A stretch of 64,000 bases of DNA from Nitrosopumilus sp. Its GTDB lineage: Archaea > Thermoproteota > Nitrososphaeria > Nitrososphaerales > Nitrosopumilaceae. The first letter of the stretch is position 1. Each line of letters begins with the position of its first letter. Position numbers and translations under genes: made by a program. The notes below the pieces were generated by a model, which worked only from the letters and a program-made list of their open reading frames with translations, ran no database searches and had not been told where the DNA came from. Below are positions 63,421 to 64,000 of the stretch, one piece after another. Location of the stretch: positions 992,001 to 1,056,000 of the forward strand of contig OZ245040.1 in the NCBI GenBank assembly GCA_965224195.1, read 5' to 3'.

Positions 63421-63571
63421 TGAATTAATTTAACTAATGAGCCTTTCGTGATGATTTTTATTTTAAAAACATCAGGATTCCAATCTGATCATCAAAATTT
63501 GCCAAAACTTGGTTGGAACCACAGCACTTTGATCACGGCAATTATAAATGACAGTCCTGTTTTGTGCTGTT

Positions 63572-64000
63572 ATGTTTGGAAAGGATATTTCCAATGTCTC
63601 ATATGATGATATTAAATCTCTTTTGGACAGCAAAATCCCTGAGAGTGATATTTTGGACTACAAGAGTAAAATGATGGATGATCAAAAACTAGTCAAACAT
63701 GTATGTGCATTTGCCAATACTCGTGGAGGGGATATTGTTTTTGGAATAAAAGAATCTGGCCATGGCGGACATCCCATAGAAATCAATGGACTGGATGCCT
63801 TTAATTTCAACAAGGAAAGACTGGAACAAATTATTCTGTCTAACATTGTGCCAAGATTGGATGTAAAGATAAAATCAATACCTATACCTGATTCTCAAAA
63901 AGTTGTTCTAGTTATTCAGGTGCCCCCTAGCTATCTAAAGCCACATCAAAGTAATTACTCTAAAAAAATTCTACAAGCGCTTTCAATTCGAGTCCGCTGA
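63572..64000 (+). pseudogene. Schlafen/AlbA_2-domain protein, frameshifted at A7 63962-63968
   Basis: ES..LDYK, AFANTRGG.I.FGI.E, KPH; removing one A restores SKKFYKRFQFES (YxR motif). Confidence 0.75.

Overview
AT-rich archaeal chromosome segment from a Nitrosopumilaceae (Thaumarchaeota / Nitrososphaerota) organism. Markers: TBP, TFB, aIF1, Sec61beta, Tsr3, CofC/CofD, deoxyhypusine synthase, thaumarchaeosortase with a Ser active site, Alba, SMC, ProRS, EgtB/EgtD, tRNA-Pro and RNase P RNA. Most of the window is ordinary housekeeping DNA. There are three accessory zones. (1) An island of about 13 kb between tfb and cofC (about 18.8-31.7 kb). It carries a GC-richer NHL/FnIII giant surface protein whose signal peptide is out of frame at a G10 tract, an IS5-family element whose transposase appears to have decayed almost only through A:T->G:C transitions, gene fragments truncated at both IS ends, small nuclease-like genes, and a gene flanked by repeated remnants of a gene 3' end. 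(2) A small array of membrane/secreted-protein genes between egtB and proS, joined by an identical 13-bp stop/start junction AGAAAATGAAAAC. One of these genes is interrupted by a repeat-spacer-repeat insertion of CRISPR-like dimensions. (3) A frameshifted Schlafen/AlbA_2 gene at the right edge. An unannotated structured RNA candidate of about 80 nt lies at 2681-2759. Frameshifts cluster in accessory genes; together with the eukaryote-like repeat protein this suggests a host-associated (e.g. sponge) lineage, which is inference only. All calls come from reading the sequence; no database searches were run.
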